In this document: positions 20,089-30,664 of the stretch, one piece after another
How the letters are laid out: the number at the start of each line of letters is the position of its first letter
Numbering within the stretch: position 1 is the stretch's first letter
Origin: Minisyncoccia bacterium
GTDB lineage: Bacteria; Patescibacteriota; Minisyncoccia; Phycocordibacterales; SBAW01
Length of the DNA: 64,000 bases
Assembly (NCBI GenBank): GCA_049997855.1
Contig: JBEKSG010000004.1
Location: 2,607-66,606, forward strand
Reading direction: 5' to 3'
The notes under the pieces: generated by a model
The model's database searches: none
The model's input: only the letters and a program-made list of their open reading frames with translations
What the model was told of the DNA's origin: nothing
Made by a program: the position numbers and the translations under genes

Positions 20089-23000
20089 ATGAATTCCGAT
20101 CTTACATTCATAACCAACGAGGATGGTCAGAACCTTAAGGAGAGGTTCGAAGTGTTAATTAAAGACACTAAGTTCTTTGACTGTCTGGTCGGGTACTTTT
20201 ATGCCAGCGGCTTCCACGCCGTATATAAGTCTCTAGAAAAGACGGAGAAAATCAGGATTCTTATTGGCATCAGCACTGATCCGCATACCTACGATTTGAT
20301 GCAGCAAGCGCAACCGGTAGCGCAGACTGCCTTGCAGTTCTCGAGTGCAGAGACGAAAGAAAAGCTTGGTGCAGTTGTCGAGCAGGAGATGGAATCTTCC
20401 GAGGACAACGCAATAACCGAGAATGGCGTTTCAAAATTCATTGAGTGGATACAGAGCGGTAAATTGGAGATTCGTGCATATCCATCGGAGAAAATCCATG
20501 CAAAGGTTTACATCATGACGTTTGGCGAGGGCGATCGCGACAAGGGTCGCGTTATCACCGGTTCAAGCAACTTTACGCAAGCGGGTTTCGTGGACAATCT
20601 AGAGTTCAATGTCGAACTCAAAAACAGTGCCGATTATGATTTTGCTTTGAGCAAATTCAACGAACTATGGAAAGATTCAGTGGATGTCAGTCAAAAATAT
20701 GTTGACACCATACAAACGAAAACGTGGCTCAGCGATAGCATTACCCCGTATGAACTGTATCTGAAATTCCTCTATGAATATTTCAAGGATGATCTAGGTA
20801 CCCACGATGAAGTGTTCCTTAAGTATCTTCCGATTGAATTCAAGAAACTTGAGTACCAAGAACAAGCCGTTCTTAATGCGAAGAAGATTCTTGATGAATA
20901 TGGCGGTGTATTTATTTCCGACGTCGTCGGTCTAGGTAAGACGTATATTTCGGCGATGCTCGGCGGCCAACTCGTGAATGAAGGCAGGATTCTCGTCATC
21001 GCTCCGCCGGTCCTGCTGGATAAGACCAATCCGGGGTCATGGCCGAACGTGTTTAGGGATTTCAACGTGCCGGCCACGTTCCGGTCTATTGGCGAACTCG
21101 ACAAGATCATCAAGGACGGTGTCGAACAGTATTCGCATCTGTTTGTTGATGAGGCACACCGCTTCCGTACCGAGAATAATGCGACGTATGAAAAGTTGGC
21201 CGAGATTTGTCGTGGGAAGAAGGTCGTCCTTGTAACCGCGACTCCGTACAACAACTCCCCAAGGGATATTTTGAGTCAGATCAAGCTTTTCCAGAAGGCT
21301 CGAAAGAGTACAGTCCCTAATTTGCCGGATCTCGAGCAATTCTTCGCCGGTCTCGAACGCAAGCTTAAAAATCTCGACCGCCAGAAAGATTATGACGAAT
21401 ACATCGCGGCCGTCAAAGAAAACGCGAAGGAAATCCGAGAGAAAGTACTCAAGTATTTGATGGTGCGTCGTACTCGCACGGAGATCACCAAATATTTTGC
21501 GGAAGATCTGGCCGCTCAGAAGCTGAAGTTCCCGGACATAGAAAAACCGGAAGCGACTTTCTATGAATTGAACGACGATGAGGATGTGATATTTACCAAG
21601 ACCATTGAGCTGCTGGCTAAGAACTTCAAGTACGCGCGGTACACCCCGATTCTTTACTACAAGGGTGAGGTCAGTCAGCCGGAGGAATTGGCCCAAAAGA
21701 ACATGGGCAAGTTTATGAAAATACTGCTCATCAAGCGTCTCGAAAGCAGCTTTCACGCATTCCAAAACTCACTCGGTCGCTTTATACATTCTTACGAGTC
21801 ATTTATATCGGAGATGGATAACGGCAACGTATATGTAAGCAAAAAGTACACGAATAAAATCTTTGAATTTCTTGCGGATGACAATGACGACGCTGTCGAA
21901 GCACTGATTAGCCAGGGTAAGGCTGATAGGTTACCCAGCAAGGATTTCCGAGCAGAGTTTAGAAAGGACTTGCAAAGCGATCTCGATATCTTGAAAGAGA
22001 TTCATCAGATGTGGATGAGCATCAAGCGCGACCCGAAGCTTTTGGCATTTATAGAAAAACTTTCCACCAACCCGATCCTTAAAAAGAGTAAGCTCATCAT
22101 ATTTACTGAATCAAAGGAGACGGCTGAATACCTCGCCAAGAATATCGATGCCAAGTTTCCGAATGAGACGCTCTGCTTTACTGGTGCCTCCAGCATGCTG
22201 GTCCGGGAACAGGTTATTGAGAATTTTGATGCCAAGGCCAGATTCCCGAAAGACGATTACCGAATTCTCGTCTGCACTGAAATATTGGCGGAAGGTGTGA
22301 ACTTACATCGTTCCAATGTCGTTATTAATTACGATATTCCTTGGAATCCGACCCGCATGATGCAACGGGTCGGTCGCGTCAACCGAGTCGATACCAAATT
22401 CGATAAGGTCTATACATTCAATTTCTTTCCTACTAAACAAGCCAACGACCAAATCAAGCTTCGTGAGGCGGCCGAGGCGAAAATCAGCGCATTCTTGTCC
22501 TTGCTTGGCGGCGATGCACATTTGCTCACCGAAAACGAGCCAATTGGATCCCACGAGCTGTTCAACCGCCTCACCTCAAAAGAAATTATTACCGGCGAGA
22601 ATGAGGACGAGGAGAGCGAACTCAAATATCTTCGTGTCATCAAGGATATTCGAGATAAAGACCCGGATACTTTTGAAAAAGTTAAGCGTTTACCCAAGAA
22701 GGCGCGAACAGCGAGAACGAACAAAGAGCATGTCGGGCAACTGATCTCATATTTTCGTCGTGGAAAGATACAAAAGTTCTTCGCAGCCACAGGCACTCGT
22801 TCTCAAGAATTGGATTTCATTTCCGCAGCTAAAATGCTTGAGTCTGCAAAAGACACGAAGCGGCAGAAAGTTGATAAGGATTTCTACTCCCTGCTTGAGG
22901 AAAACAAGAAGGCATTTATCTTTGCGACAACAGAAGAAATGCCGGAAGTAAAAATGCGCGGCGGGCGCGACAGCGCGACGCAAATCTTGAGGATTCTGAA

Positions 23001-23283
23001 GGCGACCATGAACGACCACCGACAATTTACCGAAGAACAGGAGCTTTATCTCAAAAAGGTCGTCACCCAGCTCGAGGAAGGCGGTTTGCCTAAACAAACC
23101 ACGAAGGTAACACTGCAGGCTCTTAATGATGAAATCAAAAAAAACATTAATCCGCTAAAGATTCTCTCGGTCCTGCAGAGTCACATCTCAGTGCGGCTTC
23201 TTGGAGGTCATTTTGCCGAAACTACCACCGACCACTTCGGTAAGCGAGAGGTTATTCTGTCAGAGTATTTGACGAACTTATGA
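20089..23283 (+). CDS. PLD nuclease-SNF2-like helicase fusion (restriction-type)
   Basis: HAKVY...GSSNFT (HxK PLD motif); DVVGLGKT, VDEAH, TATP, QRVGRVNR. Confidence 0.88.
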   Translation: MNSDLTFITNEDGQNLKERFEVLIKDTKFFDCLVGYFYASGFHAVYKSLEKTEKIRILIGISTDPHTYDLMQQAQPVAQTALQFSSAETKEKLGAVVEQEMESSEDNAITENGVSKFIEWIQSGKLEIRAYPSEKIHAKVYIMTFGEGDRDKGRVITGSSNFTQAGFVDNLEFNVELKNSADYDFALSKFNELWKDSVDVSQKYVDTIQTKTWLSDSITPYELYLKFLYEYFKDDLGTHDEVFLKYLPIEFKKLEYQEQAVLNAKKILDEYGGVFISDVVGLGKTYISAMLGGQLVNEGRILVIAPPVLLDKTNPGSWPNVFRDFNVPATFRSIGELDKIIKDGVEQYSHLFVDEAHRFRTENNATYEKLAEICRGKKVVLVTATPYNNSPRDILSQIKLFQKARKSTVPNLPDLEQFFAGLERKLKNLDRQKDYDEYIAAVKENAKEIREKVLKYLMVRRTRTEITKYFAEDLAAQKLKFPDIEKPEATFYELNDDEDVIFTKTIELLAKNFKYARYTPILYYKGEVSQPEELAQKNMGKFMKILLIKRLESSFHAFQNSLGRFIHSYESFISEMDNGNVYVSKKYTNKIFEFLADDNDDAVEALISQGKADRLPSKDFRAEFRKDLQSDLDILKEIHQMWMSIKRDPKLLAFIEKLSTNPILKKSKLIIFTESKETAEYLAKNIDAKFPNETLCFTGASSMLVREQVIENFDAKARFPKDDYRILVCTEILAEGVNLHRSNVVINYDIPWNPTRMMQRVGRVNRVDTKFDKVYTFNFFPTKQANDQIKLREAAEAKISAFLSLLGGDAHLLTENEPIGSHELFNRLTSKEIITGENEDEESELKYLRVIKDIRDKDPDTFEKVKRLPKKARTARTNKEHVGQLISYFRRGKIQKFFAATGTRSQELDFISAAKMLESAKDTKRQKVDKDFYSLLEENKKAFIFATTEEMPEVKMRGGRDSATQILRILKATMNDHRQFTEEQELYLKKVVTQLEEGGLPKQTTKVTLQALNDEIKKNINPLKILSVLQSHISVRLLGGHFAETTTDHFGKREVILSEYLTNL

Positions 23284-23284
23284 T

Positions 23285-26200
23285 ATGCAGAAAACACAGG
23301 CACAAAATCTTGTCAGAGACACTCTACAGAATGATTTCAATAAAGAGAAGTTTCTTTATTTTGTAAAAAACCTTCTCAATAGGGTCGATGATTCGAAGGC
23401 TTTTCTGGCACGCGGCTATGTGCCCGAGGCCTATACAAGCTACATTAAGACTTATGAGCGGCTTGCAACTTATACTGACCCTATCGGTAGTAAAGTAGAT
23501 ATCCTTATTGTCTATCTCCAAAAAGAAACGTCGCTTGAACGGGCTCGTACTGCCCAGCGTAATTTTGTTGCTCGGTATCTCAAGGAAAGGAACCAAAAGG
23601 ATGCCGGCCTTGTAGCCTTTGTCTCTCCAAACCTAGCCGATTGGCGCTTCTCGCTGGTGAAGATGGAATATAAGTTCACTGAGGACAAATCTGGCAAGAC
23701 AAAGGTTAAGGAAGAGTTTACTCCGGCAAAACGCTGGTCGTTTCTTGTCGGTAAGAATGAAAATAGTCATACCGCCCAGAGCCGCCTCGCTCCAATCATG
23801 GAAGACGATGAAGCTAACCCCACTCTTAAACAGCTCGAGGATGCTTTCAATATAGAAAAAGTCACCAAAGAATTCTTTGAAAAATATCGAGAAATATTCT
23901 TGCGTGTTCATGAGACTTTGAATGATGTCATCAGTCATCACCCAAATATTAAAGCTGATTTTGCTGAGAAAAATGTTAATACCGTAGATTTTTCAAAAAA
24001 ATTACTCGGCCAGATTGTGTTCCTCTACTTCTTGCAGAAAAAAGGTTGGTTCGGTGTGCCGATGAATAAAGGCTGGGGCGATGGCAACAAGAAATTCCTC
24101 CGGACTTTATTTGAAGAGGCGGCTGGTAAAGACAAAAACTATTTTAATGACTACCTTGAACCACTTTTCTATGAAGCTTTAGCTAAAGAACGAGACGATG
24201 ATTTTTATAGCCGATTTGAATGTAAAATACCGTTCCTAAACGGCGGCCTCTTTGACCCAATCAACAACTACGATTGGGTAAATACTGCCATTGATTTACC
24301 TAACGATATTTTTTCAAATACTCGAAAAACCAAAGACGGCGACATTGGCGACGGCATTCTGGATATATTTGATCGCTATAACTTTACTGTTAAAGAAGAT
24401 GAGCCGCTGGAAAAAGAGGTGGCTGTAGACCCGGAAATGCTCGGTAAAGTGTTTGAGAACCTCTTGGAAGTCAAAGACCGTAAATCCAAAGGCACTTACT
24501 ATACGCCACGCGAGATCGTTCATTATATGTGCGAGCAGAGTTTGGTTAACTATCTATCTACTGAACTCGACGGCAAGGTCGCAAAAGAAGATTTAGAGAT
24601 GCTTGTGAAGATTGGCGAAAATGTAGCAGAGCATGAAGCCATATACGTGGCTAAAAAGAAGGACAACCCGGATTATGAGGGGCCGTACGATCAAATATTG
24701 CCAGAATCCATAGAGAAATTCGCCAAAGACATTGACCAAAAACTGGCCGATATCAAAGTTTGCGATCCGGCCATCGGCTCCGGCGCTTTTCCGGTTGGTA
24801 TGATGAATGTCATTGTTAAGGTCCGTATGGTGCTTTCGAGCTACCTCAAAAACAAAAACCGGAGCCTATACAATTTCAAACGCGATTGCATTCAGAATTC
24901 TCTTTATGGTGTGGATATTGATCCGGGTGCGGTTGAGATTGCTAAGTTACGGCTGTGGCTTTCTTTGATAGTTGACGAAGATGATATCAAGCAGATCAAG
25001 CCATTGCCGAACTTGGATTATAAAATAATGCAAGGAAATAGTCTGCTTGAGGAATTTGAAGGTATCAAGCTCTTTGATGAAAAACTTCTTGAAGCACAAA
25101 TTATTGACTCAAGAATTTTTGATCCCTTTAATCAAAAGATATCATCTCTACAAAGTGAACTCTTAAAACATTATATAAAAAACTCCGAGTGGCTGAAAAA
25201 TAAAGATGCGGATAGGCCACAGGAAGTGCGAGATCTTGAGGGGCAGTTGCGGGAACTTCTGAAAACAAAAAAACTCTTTAAAGATAAGGGCTTTGAGCAA
25301 AAAGACTTATTTGCCAATGCAATAGAATCCAGACAAATCCACGATGAGCTGGAAAGATTGCACAAGAAGTTTTTTGAGGAAACTAATAAAAACCAAAAAG
25401 ATACATTAAAGCAGCAAATCGAAAAGTTGGAATGGGAACTTATTGAAGCAACGCTCAAAGAGCAGGGCAAGATCTCTGCCCTCAAAAAGCTCCAGGAATT
25501 TAAACGTTCAAACACCAAACCATTTTTCCTATGGAAGCTCAATTTTGCCGAAGTGTTCGAGGAGAAAGGCGGCTTCGATGTGGTGATTGCAAATCCACCG
25601 TACGTTGGGGAAAGTGGAAACAAGGAAATATTCAGGCCAATTGCAAAAGGAAATTTAGAAAGATTTTATAAGGGGAAAATGGATCTTTTTTACTTCTTTT
25701 TTCATCTTGCTCTCAATCTTGGTAAACCATCCTCGCTGTGTGCATTTATTTCTACAAATTATTTTATAACCGCATCTGGCGCTAGCAATCTCAGGTCTGA
25801 CTTAAGAGAAAGGGCTGTAATTAATAATCTCGTAAATTTTAATGAACTAAGAATATTTGAATCGGCACTTGGGCAACACAATATGATTACCATCTTCAGT
25901 AAAGATCTAAATAAGGAAACTTCCGCTCATACTTGTATTACACGAAGATCTGGGTTAGCGAACGGAGAAATATTAAATAAAGTATTTTCCGGTGAAGACA
26001 AGGATTCAGATTACTACTCTGTGAAGCAGGAGCAACTTTATGATGGTATAGAAAATTACATACGTCTTAGTGGTATCGGAAATACAGAAAACCCAATAGA
26101 AAAAGTGTTAGAAAAGATGAAAGAACAAGGAACTATTCTAAAGGATGTTTGTGAAATCAATCAAGGGTTGGTAACCGGAGCAAATAAGGTCAGTTTGAAA

Positions 26201-26965
26201 CACATAAAAAAATATAAAATTGAGGCAGGGGTTGGAGATGGGATTTTTGTGTTAAGCAAAGAAGAAATAAAAAACCTTAATTTAACTAAAGATGAGAAAC
26301 GGATTTTAAGGCCGTGGTTTAAAAATAGCGATGTTTATAGATGGAGCACAAATATTGATAGTAGTGAGAGCGTTATGTATCTAGGTAGAAGTGAAAAAAG
26401 CATTGGATCTAACATGGAAGGACATTTGCAAAGATATATTGAACTATTGAATCACCGACGAGAGGTCGAAAATGAAGTTATTAAATGGTGGCAACTTCAA
26501 TGGCCAAGAGAAGAAACTATTTTCGATGAAGCCAAAATAGTGGCACCTTATAGGAGCAAGACTAATACATTTGGTTATAACGAGGTTCCTTGGTATGCAG
26601 CCTCTGACGTATACTTTTTGACGCAGAAAGATAAACAGATTTCATTGAAATATATTTTAGGATTACTAAATTCAAAATTATATCGCCTATGGCTTTACCA
26701 ACGAGGGAAAAGAAAAGGAGAAATATTAGAATTATTTTACCAACCACTCTCTGAAATTCCAGTTAAGAAATGTTTACAAGATGACCAAAAACCATTTATT
26801 GATCTCGCTGAAAAAATTCTCAAAATCACTAAATCGGATGACTACCTAAAGAATGCCGAAAAACGAGCAATAGTCCAAGACCTTGAACATCAAATAGATA
26901 AACTAGTATATAAACTTTACGGCCTCACTGAAAACGAGATTAAGATTGTGGAAAAAGAATTATGA
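23285..26965 (+). CDS. Type IIG/Eco57I-like N6-adenine DNA methyltransferase with C-terminal TRD
   Basis: PFLNGGLF, GTYYTPREIV, DPAIGSGAF, IANPPY, TaqI-C-like YILGLLNSKL, LVYKLYGLT. Confidence 0.9.
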   Translation: MQKTQAQNLVRDTLQNDFNKEKFLYFVKNLLNRVDDSKAFLARGYVPEAYTSYIKTYERLATYTDPIGSKVDILIVYLQKETSLERARTAQRNFVARYLKERNQKDAGLVAFVSPNLADWRFSLVKMEYKFTEDKSGKTKVKEEFTPAKRWSFLVGKNENSHTAQSRLAPIMEDDEANPTLKQLEDAFNIEKVTKEFFEKYREIFLRVHETLNDVISHHPNIKADFAEKNVNTVDFSKKLLGQIVFLYFLQKKGWFGVPMNKGWGDGNKKFLRTLFEEAAGKDKNYFNDYLEPLFYEALAKERDDDFYSRFECKIPFLNGGLFDPINNYDWVNTAIDLPNDIFSNTRKTKDGDIGDGILDIFDRYNFTVKEDEPLEKEVAVDPEMLGKVFENLLEVKDRKSKGTYYTPREIVHYMCEQSLVNYLSTELDGKVAKEDLEMLVKIGENVAEHEAIYVAKKKDNPDYEGPYDQILPESIEKFAKDIDQKLADIKVCDPAIGSGAFPVGMMNVIVKVRMVLSSYLKNKNRSLYNFKRDCIQNSLYGVDIDPGAVEIAKLRLWLSLIVDEDDIKQIKPLPNLDYKIMQGNSLLEEFEGIKLFDEKLLEAQIIDSRIFDPFNQKISSLQSELLKHYIKNSEWLKNKDADRPQEVRDLEGQLRELLKTKKLFKDKGFEQKDLFANAIESRQIHDELERLHKKFFEETNKNQKDTLKQQIEKLEWELIEATLKEQGKISALKKLQEFKRSNTKPFFLWKLNFAEVFEEKGGFDVVIANPPYVGESGNKEIFRPIAKGNLERFYKGKMDLFYFFFHLALNLGKPSSLCAFISTNYFITASGASNLRSDLRERAVINNLVNFNELRIFESALGQHNMITIFSKDLNKETSAHTCITRRSGLANGEILNKVFSGEDKDSDYYSVKQEQLYDGIENYIRLSGIGNTENPIEKVLEKMKEQGTILKDVCEINQGLVTGANKVSLKHIKKYKIEAGVGDGIFVLSKEEIKNLNLTKDEKRILRPWFKNSDVYRWSTNIDSSESVMYLGRSEKSIGSNMEGHLQRYIELLNHRREVENEVIKWWQLQWPREETIFDEAKIVAPYRSKTNTFGYNEVPWYAASDVYFLTQKDKQISLKYILGLLNSKLYRLWLYQRGKRKGEILELFYQPLSEIPVKKCLQDDQKPFIDLAEKILKITKSDDYLKNAEKRAIVQDLEHQIDKLVYKLYGLTENEIKIVEKEL

Positions 26966-27312
26966 AAACCGTATTTATAGGGCATCCGGTCGGCGGCGAT
27001 ATAAAGGGCAATATCGAGAAAGTTTTAAAGATATGCTCGGAGGTGCACACGAAGGATATTATTCCGGTTGCCCCCTATCTTATATCGCTTCAATATCTTA
27101 ACGACGAATTGATCGAAGACCGGGAACTTGGCATGGAGGCCAACCATGAATGTTTTCGCCGCCGATATGTTGATGAGCTTTGGTTGTTTGGCGATACAAT
27201 ATCCCCGGGAATGGAGAAAGAAATTTTACTCGCGAAGGAAATGGGCATCCCAATCGTCCCAAAGACCGAGGGTGCAAAGCGAGATTTGAGCAAGCTCACT
27301 GGTGTAGAATAA
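26962..27312 (+). CDS. DUF4406-like protein (nucleoside deoxyribosyltransferase-like fold)
   Basis: VFIGHP, PVAPYL, DELWLFGDTISPGMEKEILLAKEMGIPI. Confidence 0.6.
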   Translation: MKTVFIGHPVGGDIKGNIEKVLKICSEVHTKDIIPVAPYLISLQYLNDELIEDRELGMEANHECFRRRYVDELWLFGDTISPGMEKEILLAKEMGIPIVPKTEGAKRDLSKLTGVE

Positions 27313-27316
27313 ATTT

Positions 27317-27448
27317 ATGGACGAGGAACTTTTTGAACTGGCAAAAGAGAACGACCTAACGCTTGATGAGGCGCAGGAGGTTCAGGATCTTGCTGATGAG
27401 ACAGGGTTAGATCTAGAAGAAGCCTTAGAGCTCTGGCAGGAGCAGTAG
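27317..27448 (+). CDS. 43-aa hyper-acidic microprotein, copy 1
   Basis: MDEELFELAKENDLTLDEAQEVQDLADETGLDLEEALELWQEQ; paralog at 61931; TAGAAT 6 nt upstream. Confidence 0.85.
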   Translation: MDEELFELAKENDLTLDEAQEVQDLADETGLDLEEALELWQEQ

Positions 27449-27495
27449 TCTGCGGTAATAAAGACAATTTCCTCGAAAAGTGTTATAATATACCT

Positions 27496-28281
27496 ATGAA
27501 GTCATTCCGAGTTTTAGCACAGCCACTTTTCGGCGAGGAGGAAAGAAGGGAATATTTCGTGGATGCCGAGGATGAGGAAGACGCAAAAAAGCTCGGTTTC
27601 GAGAAAATGTTTGCGCGTGAAAGCAAGGATGCGCTGCTCGATAGCCCTAGCCAAATGTTCACCGCCGAAGAAATAACCTTCAGGCCTCGTAGGCTTTCCG
27701 ATCTAATCGACAACATCGAATACTACGTTACGAAAATGCGAAAGACGGAGGATATGGATGTCATTCCCGAAATGCTCAGGCAGTACGCTCTAAATTATTT
27801 TAGGGACGTGCCGTTGGACGATGATGCCCTGCAGGCGGTCGCAATCTTCACGATGGATAAGACCTACCGCGTAGCGGCATACCTGGAAATATTTGATAAC
27901 TACACCAGAGCGTATTTTGCAAAAGTGATTCCCCACATTTGGGATTACCTACACCGCAGAGGACTTCCCGTTTTTTATATTGTCGACAATACGTTCCGAA
28001 ACGACGGAAGGTTTGAAGCTATTACTGAGATGTTCAAGCTCACAGGTATAACCGTAGTATCTCCTTATGACGGAGAAGGTACCCTAGAATACGAAGCTGT
28101 GGGTCGACAGATCAAGGAGGCTGTGGCGGCAAAAATGATTGTCATGTATATCGAGAAGGATGCCCGAGTTAATTACCTCGACCGAGTCAAAGAATTGGCG
28201 ACGAAGTCAAACTACCTCTGCATCTTCAGAAGCAAAGCGTCCGCGAACCACTTGATCGAGATATTAAAGAACCATTCTTAG
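27496..28281 (+). CDS. Hypothetical protein
   Basis: 261-aa ORF with TGtTATAAT 6 nt upstream; no recognised motif. Confidence 0.7.
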   Translation: MKSFRVLAQPLFGEEERREYFVDAEDEEDAKKLGFEKMFARESKDALLDSPSQMFTAEEITFRPRRLSDLIDNIEYYVTKMRKTEDMDVIPEMLRQYALNYFRDVPLDDDALQAVAIFTMDKTYRVAAYLEIFDNYTRAYFAKVIPHIWDYLHRRGLPVFYIVDNTFRNDGRFEAITEMFKLTGITVVSPYDGEGTLEYEAVGRQIKEAVAAKMIVMYIEKDARVNYLDRVKELATKSNYLCIFRSKASANHLIEILKNHS

Positions 28282-28350
28282 ACCTCAATTGGTTAATGTT
28301 GATAGCCCCTTCACAACGTGCTAAATCTAAACTAACATCCTCATACTATT

Positions 28351-29640
28351 ATGACTACAATTACATGCACTAAGTGTGGCGCGGAAATTGAGCTCTCGGA
28401 AGCCCTAACAAAAGACATCGAGAAAACAGTTCTCATTGCCGAGCACAAAAAGCACGAGGCTGAACTGGAGACAGTCAGAAAAGAGGCAGCCGCTAGTGCT
28501 CAAAAGAGTGCTGAATCGACGCTGGAAATTGAAAGAAAAAAGCTTGCACATGAGGCTGATGCTGCAAAAAAAGCTGCGGATGCAGAAATTGAAATTGCAA
28601 AAAAGAAGTTTGAGGCTGAGACGCTTGCGGTAAAAAAGAAAGCATCAGCCGAGAATGATCTCATAATAAAGGAATTGAAAGCTGAAGCAGAAGGTGATAA
28701 AAAATCAAATGGAGAACTCCGTGAGAAACTGAGCGAGTTGATGACGGAGTTGAGAGAAGAGCGCAAAGCTAAGGAAAACGCTGAGTTGGAAATGCAGGAG
28801 AGAATGGCGAAAGAAGAAACAAAAATTCGCGAAGAGGCTACAAAAAATGCTGATGAAAAGTATCGTTTTAAATTGGCGGAAAGTGACAAGAAATTATCAG
28901 ATACACAGAAGGCGTTAGACGAAGCTCAAAGAAAAGCGGCCCAAGGGTCTCAACAACTTCAAGGGGAAGTATTAGAGCTTGATATGGAACAGGCCCTAAG
29001 GGACGAATTTCGTGATGATATTATCGATCCTATTGGCAAGGGAGTAAAAGGAAGTGACATCCGGCAAACTGTTCGAAGTCCAAGAGAGTCAGAATGTGGA
29101 ATCATTTTGTGGGAATGCAAAAGTCACAAGAACTGGAAAGAGGAATGGATACAGACTGCCAAAGAGAATTTGCGGTCCGCTAAAGCAAACATTCCTGTCA
29201 TTGTAAGCAATATAATGCCTAAACAAATTTCTGGAGACATTGGAAATACCAATGGTGTTTGGGTTTGCAAGCCAAGTTCCATGGTGATTCTCGCAACATT
29301 GCTCCGTAAGGGATTACTAGACGTCGGTCTTCAAAAAGCCCTCGCTCAAAATCGCGGTACGAAAGCGGATGCGCTTTTTGGTTTCGTGACTAGTCACGAA
29401 TTTGTGCATCAAGTGGAGGCGATGATAGAAACCTATACTGAAATGAGAGCACAGGTGTTGAAAGAGCGCACTGCATACGAGAAATTTTGGGCTCAAAGAG
29501 AAGCACAGGCACAGAGACTTCTCATGGGAACTGCAAACATTATTGGGGGAATGGCGGGGCACATTGGTGCGACGGCAATGCCAAAAATCAAAGGGTTGGA
29601 ACTACTCGAGGGTGGCAATACAGAACCAGAGGCTGAATAA
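28351..29640 (+). CDS. DUF2130 family coiled-coil / nuclease-like protein
   Basis: ITCTKCG, long coiled coil, QGSQQLQGEVLE, GVKGSDI, ILWECK. Confidence 0.85.
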   Translation: MTTITCTKCGAEIELSEALTKDIEKTVLIAEHKKHEAELETVRKEAAASAQKSAESTLEIERKKLAHEADAAKKAADAEIEIAKKKFEAETLAVKKKASAENDLIIKELKAEAEGDKKSNGELREKLSELMTELREERKAKENAELEMQERMAKEETKIREEATKNADEKYRFKLAESDKKLSDTQKALDEAQRKAAQGSQQLQGEVLELDMEQALRDEFRDDIIDPIGKGVKGSDIRQTVRSPRESECGIILWECKSHKNWKEEWIQTAKENLRSAKANIPVIVSNIMPKQISGDIGNTNGVWVCKPSSMVILATLLRKGLLDVGLQKALAQNRGTKADALFGFVTSHEFVHQVEAMIETYTEMRAQVLKERTAYEKFWAQREAQAQRLLMGTANIIGGMAGHIGATAMPKIKGLELLEGGNTEPEAE

Positions 29641-29672
29641 CTCCCGAGCCGCGTCAAGTTAAAAAAAACTCT

Positions 29673-30287
29673 ATGCCACTCAAATTAAGAAAATATAAAA
29701 ATGCTTGCATAAAACTAAACGGGGGTAATCCCGTTTTTATACCTGAGTCAGATCCAAAAAATGGGACGGGCAAGATAAACATAATGTTTATTAATGAAAG
29801 GCCCGGTCCTAAAACTAGAGGAACGGATCTTGTGTGTTTTGATAATCCTGATCCGACAGCAAGACTGTTTAAACATCTTTTTGAAAAAACTTTTGGTCTA
29901 GAATATCGTAGCCATATCTTTATAACAAACGCAGTAATTTGGGTTCCCGACGAAGCAAAACCAAGAAATTACAAACCCACAAACAAGGAATTGCGAGACA
30001 GTCTGCCAATTTTAAAGAATCAAATAGAAACAATTAAACCAAAGCTGATCGTTTCGTTGGGTAATAGTGCTTTATACTCACTGAAGAGATTGTATTCAGA
30101 ATCTCAAAAACTCAAAGGATATAAACTTACTAATGATATAGGGAAAGTAATAACAGACACACCAATTAGTATTTATCCGGCGTTCCATACTTCGTCTTTA
30201 GGACAGGTCACAAGAAATAAGAAACAGCAGGAAAAAGATTGGCTAAAAATGAGAGGCTTAATCACTACCACCCCATCTAACCCCTAA
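29673..30287 (+). CDS. Uracil-DNA glycosylase superfamily protein
   Basis: MFINERPGP, FITNAV, IKPKLIVSLGNSA, PAFHTS. Confidence 0.7.
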   Translation: MPLKLRKYKNACIKLNGGNPVFIPESDPKNGTGKINIMFINERPGPKTRGTDLVCFDNPDPTARLFKHLFEKTFGLEYRSHIFITNAVIWVPDEAKPRNYKPTNKELRDSLPILKNQIETIKPKLIVSLGNSALYSLKRLYSESQKLKGYKLTNDIGKVITDTPISIYPAFHTSSLGQVTRNKKQQEKDWLKMRGLITTTPSNP

Positions 30288-30290
30288 CAT

Positions 30291-30482
30291 ATGAAAAAGG
30301 ACAAGGAGATTAAGATCGTGTATCACTATATCGAGCCCAAAACCGAGGAAGAATCACAGGAGGCAGAGCGGCGCTTGGATGCTGCTTTTGACATCCTTTT
30401 TGAAGCCGTTGAGAGGAAAAACAATAAAAAATTAATCGTTCAGGACACGTCGTCTGGTGAATCTGAAAGACCCACTCTATGA
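30291..30482 (+). CDS. Small hypothetical protein
   Basis: 63-aa ORF with an ATGA overlap into the HTH gene. Confidence 0.55.
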   Translation: MKKDKEIKIVYHYIEPKTEEESQEAERRLDAAFDILFEAVERKNNKKLIVQDTSSGESERPTL

Positions 30483-30664
30483 TAGAACTACTGACCATAA
30501 AGGAGGTTGCGGAGTTGCTGAAGGTTTCTCAAACTTCAGTGCGACGCCTGCAGCAAGGGCGACATCTCCCATTCATCAAGGTTGGGGGTAGTGTCCGTTT
30601 TGATAAAAGCGACATTATTAATTTCCTAAAGGAACAGAGGGTTGAGGCAATCAGTAGATTTTGA
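30479..30664 (+). CDS. Excisionase-like HTH DNA-binding protein
   Basis: LLTIKEVAELLKVSQTSVRRL...LPFIKVGGSVRF. Confidence 0.85.
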   Translation: MIELLTIKEVAELLKVSQTSVRRLQQGRHLPFIKVGGSVRFDKSDIINFLKEQRVEAISRF

